Origin: Schizochytrium sp. TIO01
Taxonomy: Eukaryota > Protista > Bigyra: Labyrinthulomycetes
Direction: 5' to 3'
DNA length: 64,000 nt
Assembly (NCBI GenBank): GCA_004764695.1
Contig: SMSO01000033.1
Location: 1,302,001 to 1,366,000, forward strand
A program made the translations under genes and the position numbers. Position 1 is the first letter of the stretch, and each line of letters begins with the position of its first letter. Under the pieces are notes generated by a model. The model had not been told where the DNA came from, did not search any database, and worked only from the letters and a program-made list of their open reading frames with translations. Of this stretch, positions 25,301-36,526 are shown one piece after another.

Positions 25301-28300
25301 AAGCAGCGCATGGGAAAACTAGAGGATGGTGAACAATCTACTATGTCTACTAGGCTCTTCGCTATCTGCTGACACTAACCTGCCTACCTACCTCTAGCTA
25401 GAGCTGGCTAGCTCTAGAGGCGGGAAAACGGAAGAACGGAAAGAACGAAAGAACGAAAGAACGGGCCTTTAACGCGCACCTCTGTGTGTGAGTACTCACT
25501 CACTCTTTCGCTCTCTCGCTCTCTCTCTCGTTCTCTCGCGCGACTCGTCTTTGTTGAAGGGACACGGACGTTCGCCTGGCGAGAAGGAAAACGAAATGAG
25601 AGACAAGCGTGTGCGTGTGCGTGTGCGTGAGCGTGCTTCGACGGATAAGCGCCCTCCATGCGAGATGCTACGGTGAGTGCGAAAGGTATTCGGCCTTTGG
25701 GGTCTTTAGAGCTCGGATTTCTAGCTTTCGGATGACTCCTTTGTTCAGCCTAACTAACTATAATCATGAAGAGAATTTCCCGAACGACGAGAAACCCAAA
25801 CGAACGTGAGGGATTCATCAAACTCAAACTCAAACAAAGCCTGAAGGATACATTGCGGGAATAACTGCTCTTACCCATTCGTTCATATATTGACCAGTTG
25901 ATTGATTGCTAAAGGGGCTTCAGTCCTCCGTCCGGTCTGCGGAGTTGCAAAAGAATGAGGGCTTAGAGCAGTTTGAGTGCTGCGTAACGTTATGCCTGTG
26001 AGTGTAGGTACGAAGGCTTGATTCTCTAATACTTCTAAGGACCTTATTTCTCTTGAAGTGGCTTGCTTTCGAAACGACCCCTCCTTTCATGGTCGTTCAC
26101 CTTCTTTTTACATTCCAGGGCGGTGAACCTCTGCAGAATTCGTTTGTTTGTTTGCTCTTATTGTTCAAGTTTGCCGTTCATCGGCTAACTGTCCTGAGTT
26201 TTATTTGCCTCTGTGTCATCTTTCATCCACTCCTTCTTGGATCAATTTAATTTTCTGCAGAGGGAAAGCGCTGCTAAGACCTGGACTAAGATTCGACTGA
26301 TTTCGTGGCTGTTGAAGCTCTTTTGCGGCACTCGACTTCAGGAACTAAGTAAGTAGGTAGCCAAGCAAGCAAGTAAGTAAGTAGGTATTTAGTAACTTGT
26401 ATGGCTCAAAAGATTCATGGTTTGCTTGCTTTTCGAAGACCATATCCCTTTAATCAGGCGCAACAATTCCGAAAACCTGGCCTCACTTCAAAAACTATTG
26501 TTTGCTTTCCTTTTTTTTCAAAAATATTCTGTTTGGCTCGCTTCCTTCTTTGTCGTTGTCTTTTTCCTTTTTTTGTTATTTGTTATTTGTTTTTATTCAT
26601 GTTCACCTTTTTCTATATTGATGAATTGAACGGTTGTTTTCTTGAGACACTTCTTCGAAAATAGAAAGTTGAAAGGAAGTGTTGTTTTTTATTCCTCAAC
26701 TTGTTTCCATTTGTATTCTATTCCTTAAATAGTGAACTTTTCTTCTCTCTTTTTTGTCTTCTTTTTACCACCATTAATAAATAATGTAGTTGATCGGTTT
26801 GTTTCTCTCTTCAAATAAACTAAACGGACGGGTGAATGAATGCTTAAATAAAGAAGTCAAGTATCGAGTAGGCGTGCTCATACTAAGCCTTCAACGCGTG
26901 ATCGCCCAACTCAAGGGACACCTAACCCCTCCCCGCTTCCCAAGTGCTCACGTTTGCAGACTGCATAACACGCAATTAATCAAACTCGTGATGACTCATT
27001 CTGTTCATCGAGCATTGTGAAGTATTGATGAAGCTTTTTTCTCTTTTCTCTTTTTTTTTTAATTTTAAATATGCATTACATTTCATTCTTTAAATAAAAT
27101 ATTATCACTAGTCCATCCCCCCCTTTTCAGACTTTGCTTATAAATAACAAGAATAAAACTAAAAGCTTTTGAAAGACACAAGCACCAGCCAAACAGAACA
27201 GAACGGGCCGACTATGCATGCAAGTGACCATTTTTTATTTCTTTTTTTCCCTTTTTTTTCTCCCTTTTTTCTCATCGCTCTTCGTACCATCACAAACCTC
27301 CTCATTTCCAAATCAATCAATCAGGTCCTTCCTCTTCATTGATTGCTTAATTGATTAATTGACTGACTGACTGACTGATCGATCGCCTCACTGCTTGAGT
27401 AGTACCCTGCGTCCTTATCGCCCACCACGGAGGCTTCCCAGCACCTCGCTCAGCCATGGCCCTCCTCGCAATCAGTGACTGCTCACAGAGCCAACCATCA
27501 ACATCTCCGTCAATCAACGGCAGCCCAACCATCGCAAGTCCTCTCTCTCTCTCTGTATCTATCTATCTATCTATCTATCTATCTCTCTGCCTTTCTACCT
27601 TCCATCCCCTCTTTGTCCTTTTGCTTTCGCCCGTGGCACACTTGGAAGCACGTTCTGGAAGTTGCCGCGCTCCGAAACAAGCCCTCAGACACCGCCAAGG
27701 AGTCTCCGCCACTTGATAAAGGGCGACGACGATCATTGCAGAAGGCACTGGCTAGCTAGCTAGCTAGCTAGCTAGCCCCTTATGCGTCTATCTATCTGCG
27801 TACCTGTGGCTGTAGGTGGCGGTACCGAAGCCTTTGTCGATTTTGATAGTGGACAGGCAAAGTAAGTCCGATTGGAGAATGAATCTGAGGTGAGCCAGTG
27901 AAGATACTGCGATGAAGCGGCAGCGTTCTCAAGCTCGAGGCTCGCGGAGCTCCCGGCCCTGCTCAGCAGCCTGCTTGGATGTGCTTGATTGAATGTGCAT
28001 AAACAAAGATGAACGTACGTACGTGTGAATGTACCTACCTACGCACTTGCACGAGAGAGAAGAAGGCAGCCTCGCTGCCTTTTCTCGTATCTAATTAATT
28101 CCCTCTTTACCTCTATTTTTTAAAGGTTTTGTTGTTTTCGCGTGAGAAGCACTCTTAGTCTTATTTGTTTCACTTTTTAATGTTCAAAAACAACAGTGAT
28201 CTAATAAAGGAAGAAAGTAATAATCTATTGCCTAGACCAGCATACACATATACTGCTGCAACTACTAATACTACTACTTATACTCCACGAAAAGCAAACG

Positions 28301-29853
28301 AATTGGCTATTATTTTCCTGTATCAATCCATCAATCAATCGACAAGACCTAATCATCGGACTCTTCTCTTCGCTCAGAGCAGCCATGAACAACCAGCCAA
28401 GCTGCCGCAGCAAGGCCCAGTAGCGAACCAGAGCCGACCAGGCAGAGAGAAGAAAGAAGCCTCCCGCCCATCACCAACGAACGAACCTCGATTGACGAGC
28501 AAATGGAGTGAGCTGGCCTAACTCTAAGTATCTATTTATTTAATTCTTTGTCTCTTTGTTTCTTTATTTGTATATCTATCTCTCTATCTCTCTATCTATA
28601 TATCAGCGCGGAGTCTCGAGGCGGGAAGTTTTTATTTATAATGGAACTGGTCAGCTAATAGGGATTAGAGAGAGACCAACCCACACATGAATGGATGGAT
28701 GTTCAGTTTCCAGGCCTTTTTCTGCTGTTTTGGAGACCGAGCGGAAGATAATGTTGAAGCAGGACGTGGGAAGAGCAAGAGAGCAGAGAAACAAAGTTTC
28801 ACACAGACAAACAGACAAACAAACAGAGAAAGAAAACAAACAGATAAACCGCGAGCAAGTTATCAACTTATGAGTGATCTTCTTCTTCTTCATCATCATA
28901 TTCTCGGCTAATTTCGAATGTTGTTGTTGTTTTTTGTTTTCTACTTTTTCTTTTAACTAAGACTCTTGATTCAGAAGATAGAGTTATTCTATCGTTCCTT
29001 TTCTTTTCTTTTTATAAAGCGGTCTCTGCAAAGTCCAAAGTCCGCCGTCCCGCGGAGGCACCTCGATCTCTCTATGAATTACAGCGCTGTAGACCCAAAG
29101 AACGGGGTGGAAGCGCCTTTATGCAGTCCCTTCAGCAGCACCGGCCTACTGATTAACGCATCCACTGGTACAAATAGGCAGAACAAGCGGAGCTTACTGC
29201 AAAAGTGGTGGTTTTTGAGAGCTCATTCCTTTCTTTCTTTCTTCCTCTTCTGTGCTACTTTTAAACATGTTTGTTACAATCTTGACAATGTTCTTTTCTT
29301 TCTGATAAGAGCATCAGAGGCAGTGAAAATAGAATGTGAGGCGAACAAAAGCACGCATTCAAGGTAGTAAGTAGTAAGGCAACAGCTACGATCTATCAGT
29401 GAAGAAATGGATTGGGCAACCACGAAGAAACCCATTCTGAGCGATGAAACACCATTCAACGAGCAGAAGATAGAGGGCGGATTCGATTGGCTACTTGATT
29501 ATCCGCGTTCTCGTTGTTTCATTCGCCAGTTAAGCATGGGTTCGTAGGCAACTTGCTACCACCACAGAGCCAACTCACCTCTTGCTCGCAAAAAATAAGC
29601 AATCAGCCCACAACTTAAATGTACAGACATCATCAGCGTTGCCATGTTGATAATGAATTGCCAAACCCAATTCCACTTTGACAGATATGCAAAAAAGGAG
29701 ACCTAATAGCTCTGCGAAGCCTCGAATGTCGTGCGAGACACACTGCAGAGCTAGGGATGAATGGAGGTATTAGTTCGAACATGAGTTGTGATGAAGATAG
29801 ATTAAGTCGAACAATTGCAAACCTATAACTATATCTGAATGCTCTAGAGTCTG

Positions 29854-29940
29854 AATGCAAATGCAAATGCAAACGCAAACGCAAACGCAAATGCGAATGC
29901 AAATTCAAATGCGTATGCGAATACGAATACGAATGCAAAC
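29854..29940. repeat. Degenerate hexamer repeat (AAYGCR)n
   Basis: AATGCA/AACGCA/AATGCG/AATACG units. Confidence 0.9.
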
Positions 29941-32900
29941 GAAAAAGGTGAATGCAAATGCAAATATGCAAACGAGATCTTATGCACCGGTTCACTCCCG
30001 CATTCAGACCACCTAGCTACCTCTAGTATATCAGTAGAAGCTCAAAACTAACCAACTCTGCAGAGGACCAATGCCAAACCAGTGAGACTGTGGCGGCCAG
30101 AATCGGCACCTGCCCCCCGGCAGTCTGACATATCTACGAAGTCCCCCTCTTTCTTCCTGCTTCCTCTCTTCCCTTTTCTTTATTTTTTTTCCCTCCTTTT
30201 CCCCCTCTTTTTTCCCGCCACTGTAGAGAATCTATAAGCAACCCATAGGCGGCCATTAAGAGCGACCAGGCAGATAATAATAACTGCCGCCATGCTACAG
30301 TGAGTAATTCACTAAGATAAATCACTATCGTCTCAGTAGACGGGACTGCTATGATAAACTTACGATGGGAGCATTGGTCCCCTTTTGTAGATTGGGTATC
30401 AGAATCGCCATAGAAATTGAGGACTGCGGATTTGAAGAAGGGGAGAGGGAGGAAAGGATGAGGGCAGCAGAAGATCGCTCTAATGACAGCGAAGGATTGA
30501 CGAAGGTGGCTCTTTTGAGTAATGGGCGGAGAACAAGGGGGCTGTGTACCTGCAAAAGGAAAACCTAATGGAGGGATCCACTTGCTCCGATGCAATTATG
30601 ATGGACATAGAATGGCTGGTTTCCTGCCCCTTTCTTCTTGGGGAAGAGTGAAAAGAGATAATCGCTTCTGATTTTTTAAAAGTTAAAAAAAGGTTACGAA
30701 AGCATAAATCAGACTACGTTTTACTTTTTTAATTACTTTTTCTTCTTTTCTTTTTTTAATGAGTTCATTTAATTATTTAAATCCTTTTCTTTTTAAAGTC
30801 TATGAGGACGTTTAATTAAAAAGCTTTAACTCAATACACAATTTTTAATTCTAATAAATAAATAATATCGTCCAGTTAGTTGTGCATACTTATAATGGTG
30901 TGCCCTGGCGGTAGAGTTGGAGAACACTTGAATACCGAATTTCCAAGCGCTAAAGCCCATCGCTCTGGTACTCAAATCAAGCCAACCCCTTCTCTCTCTT
31001 CCTCTCTCCCTCCCTCCCCGAAGCCAACCAGCTTCTGCAAGAAACAGCAGATCCCCGGTAATAGGCTTCTTCAGATAGGTATGTTTCTACCTACTCACTC
31101 ACTCATACACTCACTCACTCACTCACTCACTCACGCGCTCAATCACTTATTTTCACTGAGTTCAGGTACGTGGTACACACCCACTTGGCATTGCTTGCCT
31201 CTCTGTCACTACTATTCTCACACACGTGCACCCTCCTTTCGAAAGAACAGAAGAACGAGGCACATAACGACACCACTGCTGCATACACCCGCTCGAACCA
31301 GTGAACCCAGGACACGCGGAACAACACGCAGAGAAGCACGCGTATGAGCATACATCAAAGATATACTCGAAGCGACGCAAACAATCGCAGAAAATACTAA
31401 GTACCACTCCAATTTTATAATCTAGGGAGAAAGGGCAGTCGAGGGAAGGGACAGGTACCATAGGTCACCATGAACTGCCTGTTTTTTGGAAGGTTTGCTT
31501 TCTTTCTCCCAGAATGAAGCAATGAATTACAATGGATCAGTGAATGGACCCGTCGTCGGTGGCGCCGCGACGTTAGTTGAAGACTGAGATCTTTCGCATT
31601 TCTTCAGACCCTTGTCTTAAAGATGATTGCTATTGTTTCAAGCATTCTCCAGTACTGTCCTTACGCCATATATTATATCGTTTAGTTTCCTCGCCTTGTT
31701 CTGCGATACTTTTGTCATGGTGTCAAGGCCTAACTAGCAGTATTTACCTGCCCGGTAGCGCGAGTGAGTAGGAGATAGTGGTAGGCCTAGGTAGTAATGA
31801 ATTAAACAGTTGAACGTCCAGCGTTGTCATCATTTCTTTCCTCTTTCTTTGCTCGCTCATGTTTTTTAGTCTCCTGTTGGTACCTATCCTTATTCCCTCT
31901 CCTGAACTTACCGACCGTAACTTGCTCTGCCTATAAGTAGAGAACTACCTCAGAAAATTGAACGTCAGACAGGCTACGATATCTCCTGCGAATCGAAACG
32001 ATTGCAAGAACTCCATCATCAATTATTTGGTAATTTAGTGTCCTTGAGGACGCTGGTTCTTATCCAAATCAATCCGAACTCTAGAAATCCTACTTCAAAA
32101 GAGGATGTTAGAAGTGACGTGGTATAATACTGGCTTGAGAAGGGATTGTCGATCATAGCGATGAGCATAAATCTAATTTGTTTATAGGAATTGGATAAAG
32201 TCAAACAAGAATCGCGAGAAGCACCTGACCCGTTGACCAAAGATTCAATCTATTACTGGTGTATATTTAGATTTATTTAAAAAATCGGATAACTCCTAAA
32301 ATTCGATTGAATGCAACAATGTTCTCCCATGCATATTTACATTTTACATTGAATACTCGAATCATACATATCTACAATATTTTAACTATGTAGAACCTTG
32401 ATGCAGGTAGAGTATGTAACTCTGGGAGAGAGTGAAGAAAAAGTATAAAAGCTCGATAGAAAAGCTCTCCTGAGTGTCATCCTAGACTTGGTAGTTCGGT
32501 CTCGAAATGTAAGGGGCGAAAACGGGGTATCGCTTTATCTACTGAAGGACGAACGTGGTGGGCTGGAGATCGACTGTGAAGATGAAGGCATTAAATAACT
32601 TGATTTTAAATGGTTGCTTTTAAAAGTTAACGCAATGCTCCCCACGTGAAATGAATTTTAACGACACCTGATCTATGCAGTAATTAGGACGCTAACACAT
32701 TCTTGAACTGTGTTGGATAGAACTGACTGGCTTAGGTTAACTCAACCTCTTCAACCATCAATTTAAATTAAACCATACTTGGTTCTGGTAAACGTTTATT
32801 CATACTTTTTTGGTTTTTGGCTTATCAACCAAGTTAGCCTGGTTGTCTAGTTCCAGTCCAAATAAAGATAGTGTCTACTCTACTAACCTTTTCCCTTCCT

Positions 32901-35029
32901 TCCTTACTTCTATCTTCCTCACTAGCCGGTTTGTTTTTTCTCCGCTTTTTTATTATCAGTATTCAAGATGAAAATGTAACCTTTAACCAACTGTACTTAT
33001 CATCATCCTCTACAGTTCTTGTTGGAACATGGAAGAATGTGTTTCTGCTTAACGAGAAGGTTTTAGTAAACGGTTTAGAAGCATGTCCAATCCATGAATA
33101 TTATTGAGATCTCCAATCGAAGGAAATAGTAGAAAAGGCATCGCTATAGAGTTCTGGGTATCCCTTTCTAATGACTTCATAGATATAGGGTTTGCAATAG
33201 AGAGGGTTGAACGAAAAATCATGCCATCATGACTATTTGTCGGACCGGTTGATGGTAGTGATTTCTTACACTCCATGTATAGTCACTCTTAATGAAACGT
33301 GGTTATGATTACTTAGAGGTATTTGGAGAAATGTCTTAGATGATAGTAGATAATAAGCTGCTTCATGTTATTACCAATAACGTTGAGAGAATCGAAAAGG
33401 CGTGAGCTTCTTGTGACCATTGATGGTTCTGATTGAATCGTGTTTTGGGGGATGTTTTCTTTGGACACCATAGTACATTGATTGATAAAGTACTAAAGGC
33501 CGCAACTGGGTAAGAAGAAGAAAGTCTGAAAATAAACATGTTATCTGAATAAGTAATTCAGTATGATACAATTTTGGTTGTACCCTCCTGAATTGACTTT
33601 ATCTGTTTGTGTCAAGATGATATTCACTATGTAATATTATTATCTGTAGAATATTAGAATACAAAATTATATGTAAGAATTAATAAACAATGGAAGCAGT
33701 TTCCTAAATTCCATTTTCTACAATCTCAGACGTCAGAAAAATGTTTGAATTAAGTTTTTGCTCAGATTTGTCGTCTTAAGATACAGCCTCGCTAAACGAA
33801 AGATAAGAATTGCAAGCTATTTTCCTTCATTCAATGAATTGCAGTTCATACAATATATTTTCTCTGAGTTTGGTGTAGTATTGGTCGCATTTGAGTAAGA
33901 ACATTTCTACCAGATAATGAAAATCCTATTGTATTTTCTTGGGAAAACAATTATGACGTTAAGGCTAAGTTGAAAACAACATCTCAATTATAACCTCATG
34001 TGCACTCGTTTCCATGAATTGTATGATACTGTTGTCAAAAATAGTGTACATTCGTGAAAAGCAAATATCACATTGGTTTTTTAGATTTCAACTGACTGGT
34101 TGCAGCACATGCAGAAAGCTGCGAGTCCCACAAGGGTATCTTGCAGTAATAGTACTTCAACTGCAACAAGTACTACTACAATTGAAAGCAGTGTGAAACC
34201 CAACAACTCCAACTGGACGTTGTAGGTACTTGATAAGATATGTAGCCTCATAATTGCTGATGCTTCTCATGAGTAATCGAGACTGTCCCTTCAAGAGCAG
34301 GAAAATTTAAAGGAAAATTTAACAAGCCTTTAAGTTCGCATTTCTGGTGCTTAAATATAAAACCCACAATTACTAGCAAAGGGTATTTAGTTAAATTCTT
34401 TTATCTTCGGTGAAAACTCAAGCCAAGACAATTACTCATTACGTATGCTTGATTGTCTTGGCATCTGACCGACGACTTGAAGAGGTGAAAGTATACAGAA
34501 CGTGGCGCAAACGATCTGCACTCGGACTTCACGCTTGCCATGGTCCACACCACATGTCTTTTAGCAAACATCCACGGCAGTTCCAAAGTACTAGGTTGGT
34601 TTACCTAATTTGCCTGAGTGATAAAAGGACTTATTTCAAAGCAGCGTCCCTGAGTCGATGCCTTTTGCGTTTGTTAACTCTATTCGCGAAACTAAAAGGA
34701 GCTCATCTTGGGAGAAATTCAAAACTCGAAATGGAAAAACCCCATTCATAAATGGAACGGCTGGCGGTTCTATTGTTGTTCTGTACCTGTTCCTTCGGAT
34801 TTTTTTCATCATCCCAAAACTAGCGATGACTTTTGCAGTTCTAGTAATTATACGTAGTAGGATTCTTATGAGATAAAAACAAATCAGGACAGGATTTTCT
34901 CAAGAGCGATATCAAGAGAAACAACAACAACGACAACGATAACAGCAACAAGATTCACCATCTTCTGCTTGCAGTCTTAAAGAACAATCTTGTTTAAGAA
35001 GAGCACAGCTGTGTGGTGAATTAGCTCAC

Positions 35030-36526
35030 ATGCCTGAGGAGCAAGATGGCCTCGAGGAGCGCCAGACGCTTCTGCAGGAGGACCAACAACAACGCCCGAC
35101 AGGGCGGAAGGGACTCTACAGGATGTTGACCATGGCAACTCTCGCCTTGGTTTCCGTTGTTTTCTGTGTTGGATTCCTTACAACGAGACAGCACCACATA
35201 TTACCGCAACGAAAAGCAGCCCTCGTAAAATTGCAAGAGCAGCATATGTTTGTAAACATGCATCGTGCAGTGCCTTCCGAAGAGGATCGTGTGCCAACAC
35301 AGGCCTGGTCCCAAGAAGAGGCCTTTGTGGAAACTCAACTGCAAGCACTCGGCAATACACTCCTCACAGCTGTGTATGAGAACTATAGCGTCTCGTCCTC
35401 ATCACAATCCACGAAGAAGGACGCAGACTGCTCTACATGCGACCCCACGCCTTTCTATATCAACCCTTCATGCGCCACCGTTTGCAAAGACCCGCATGGA
35501 CACGCCGCCAAATTATATTGCTGGCACTGCCGACACTGGGCGATCAACCTGAAGAGTGAAGCAGGACCGACTCCACGTTTAGCGCAGAGTATCCTAGATC
35601 TGCCTATTTTAGTTCATGTAGTCACGCTGGCGTCTAACCTTCTCCACGCAAATGGCCAGGAGCTTCATGATATGTTTGACAAACACAACCCAGGCTTTGC
35701 TTCTCTCGGAAAACTTGAAGTTGCTGACATTGCCCAGCGCCTTGGGGACATCGGAGTCCCTCTGTCCCAAGTCAACAGTTCAGGTGGTGGAGGAGGTATG
35801 GGTTTTCAGATTTATTGTAATAGCTCGCTTCTAGTTTCCCTAGGAGGTGGCGGAGGACAAGGATTTGCTCAAGATGCTAACGAGACTTCCTTTGGTGGTG
35901 GACGTGGCGCTGGTCTTCAAATTTACAGCAACAAGTCACAAATCGTGCCTCTGATCTCCTACGGAGGAGGGGCTGGAGGCGGAGTTAAACTCTCTCACAA
36001 CCAATCCGGCACCCACCTCACCAGTTCTGCTGGATCCTCTCCAGACGCGAAGAACCAAACCATACCTCAGGCAATTATTGATGAATTGCATTCGCACATG
36101 CGCGAGTGCTGGCAGCATGGGAATTTTACAGTTGTTGGTGGTGGTGGGCTTGGTGGTGGAGCACGAGGAACGCACGGCCTATCTTCTAGCGGGAGTGTCG
36201 CGTTTCGTTTCCAGGCTTTCCAGAACCCGTGTGCAGCGTCTTGCTTACCTGGAAACTTCCAATCACTAAACCAACCTCAGCAACTGCAAGAGCATGAGAA
36301 AACGAAACCAGCCAATCAGACAGTGCCTCACGCAAAATCTGTCGACCCTTTCCAAAACACCTGCGACACACGGAAACTTGCAAATGTAACAATCGCATGT
36401 GCAGAAGCATGTGACGACAAACCGTATGATACGTGCATGTGTCCATGCTTCCAGGAAGGTTTTCTCTATGAAACAGAATGCGAATGGGCGAAGCGAATTC
36501 ATTGCCAACCACCACCTCCTCAGTAG
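35030..36526 (+). CDS. Type II membrane / secreted glycine-rich protein with Cys-rich flanks (ALK/LTK glycine-rich-domain-like)
   Basis: 498-aa ORF with a single N-terminal hydrophobic helix (MLTMATLALVSVVFCVGFL) and many N-x-S/T sequons. Short GGGGG runs alternate with beta-like segments (FQIY, LVSL, LISY, FTVV). Cys clusters lie at both ends of the ectodomain. Confidence 0.85.
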   Translation: MPEEQDGLEERQTLLQEDQQQRPTGRKGLYRMLTMATLALVSVVFCVGFLTTRQHHILPQRKAALVKLQEQHMFVNMHRAVPSEEDRVPTQAWSQEEAFVETQLQALGNTLLTAVYENYSVSSSSQSTKKDADCSTCDPTPFYINPSCATVCKDPHGHAAKLYCWHCRHWAINLKSEAGPTPRLAQSILDLPILVHVVTLASNLLHANGQELHDMFDKHNPGFASLGKLEVADIAQRLGDIGVPLSQVNSSGGGGGMGFQIYCNSSLLVSLGGGGGQGFAQDANETSFGGGRGAGLQIYSNKSQIVPLISYGGGAGGGVKLSHNQSGTHLTSSAGSSPDAKNQTIPQAIIDELHSHMRECWQHGNFTVVGGGGLGGGARGTHGLSSSGSVAFRFQAFQNPCAASCLPGNFQSLNQPQQLQEHEKTKPANQTVPHAKSVDPFQNTCDTRKLANVTIACAEACDDKPYDTCMCPCFQEGFLYETECEWAKRIHCQPPPPQ

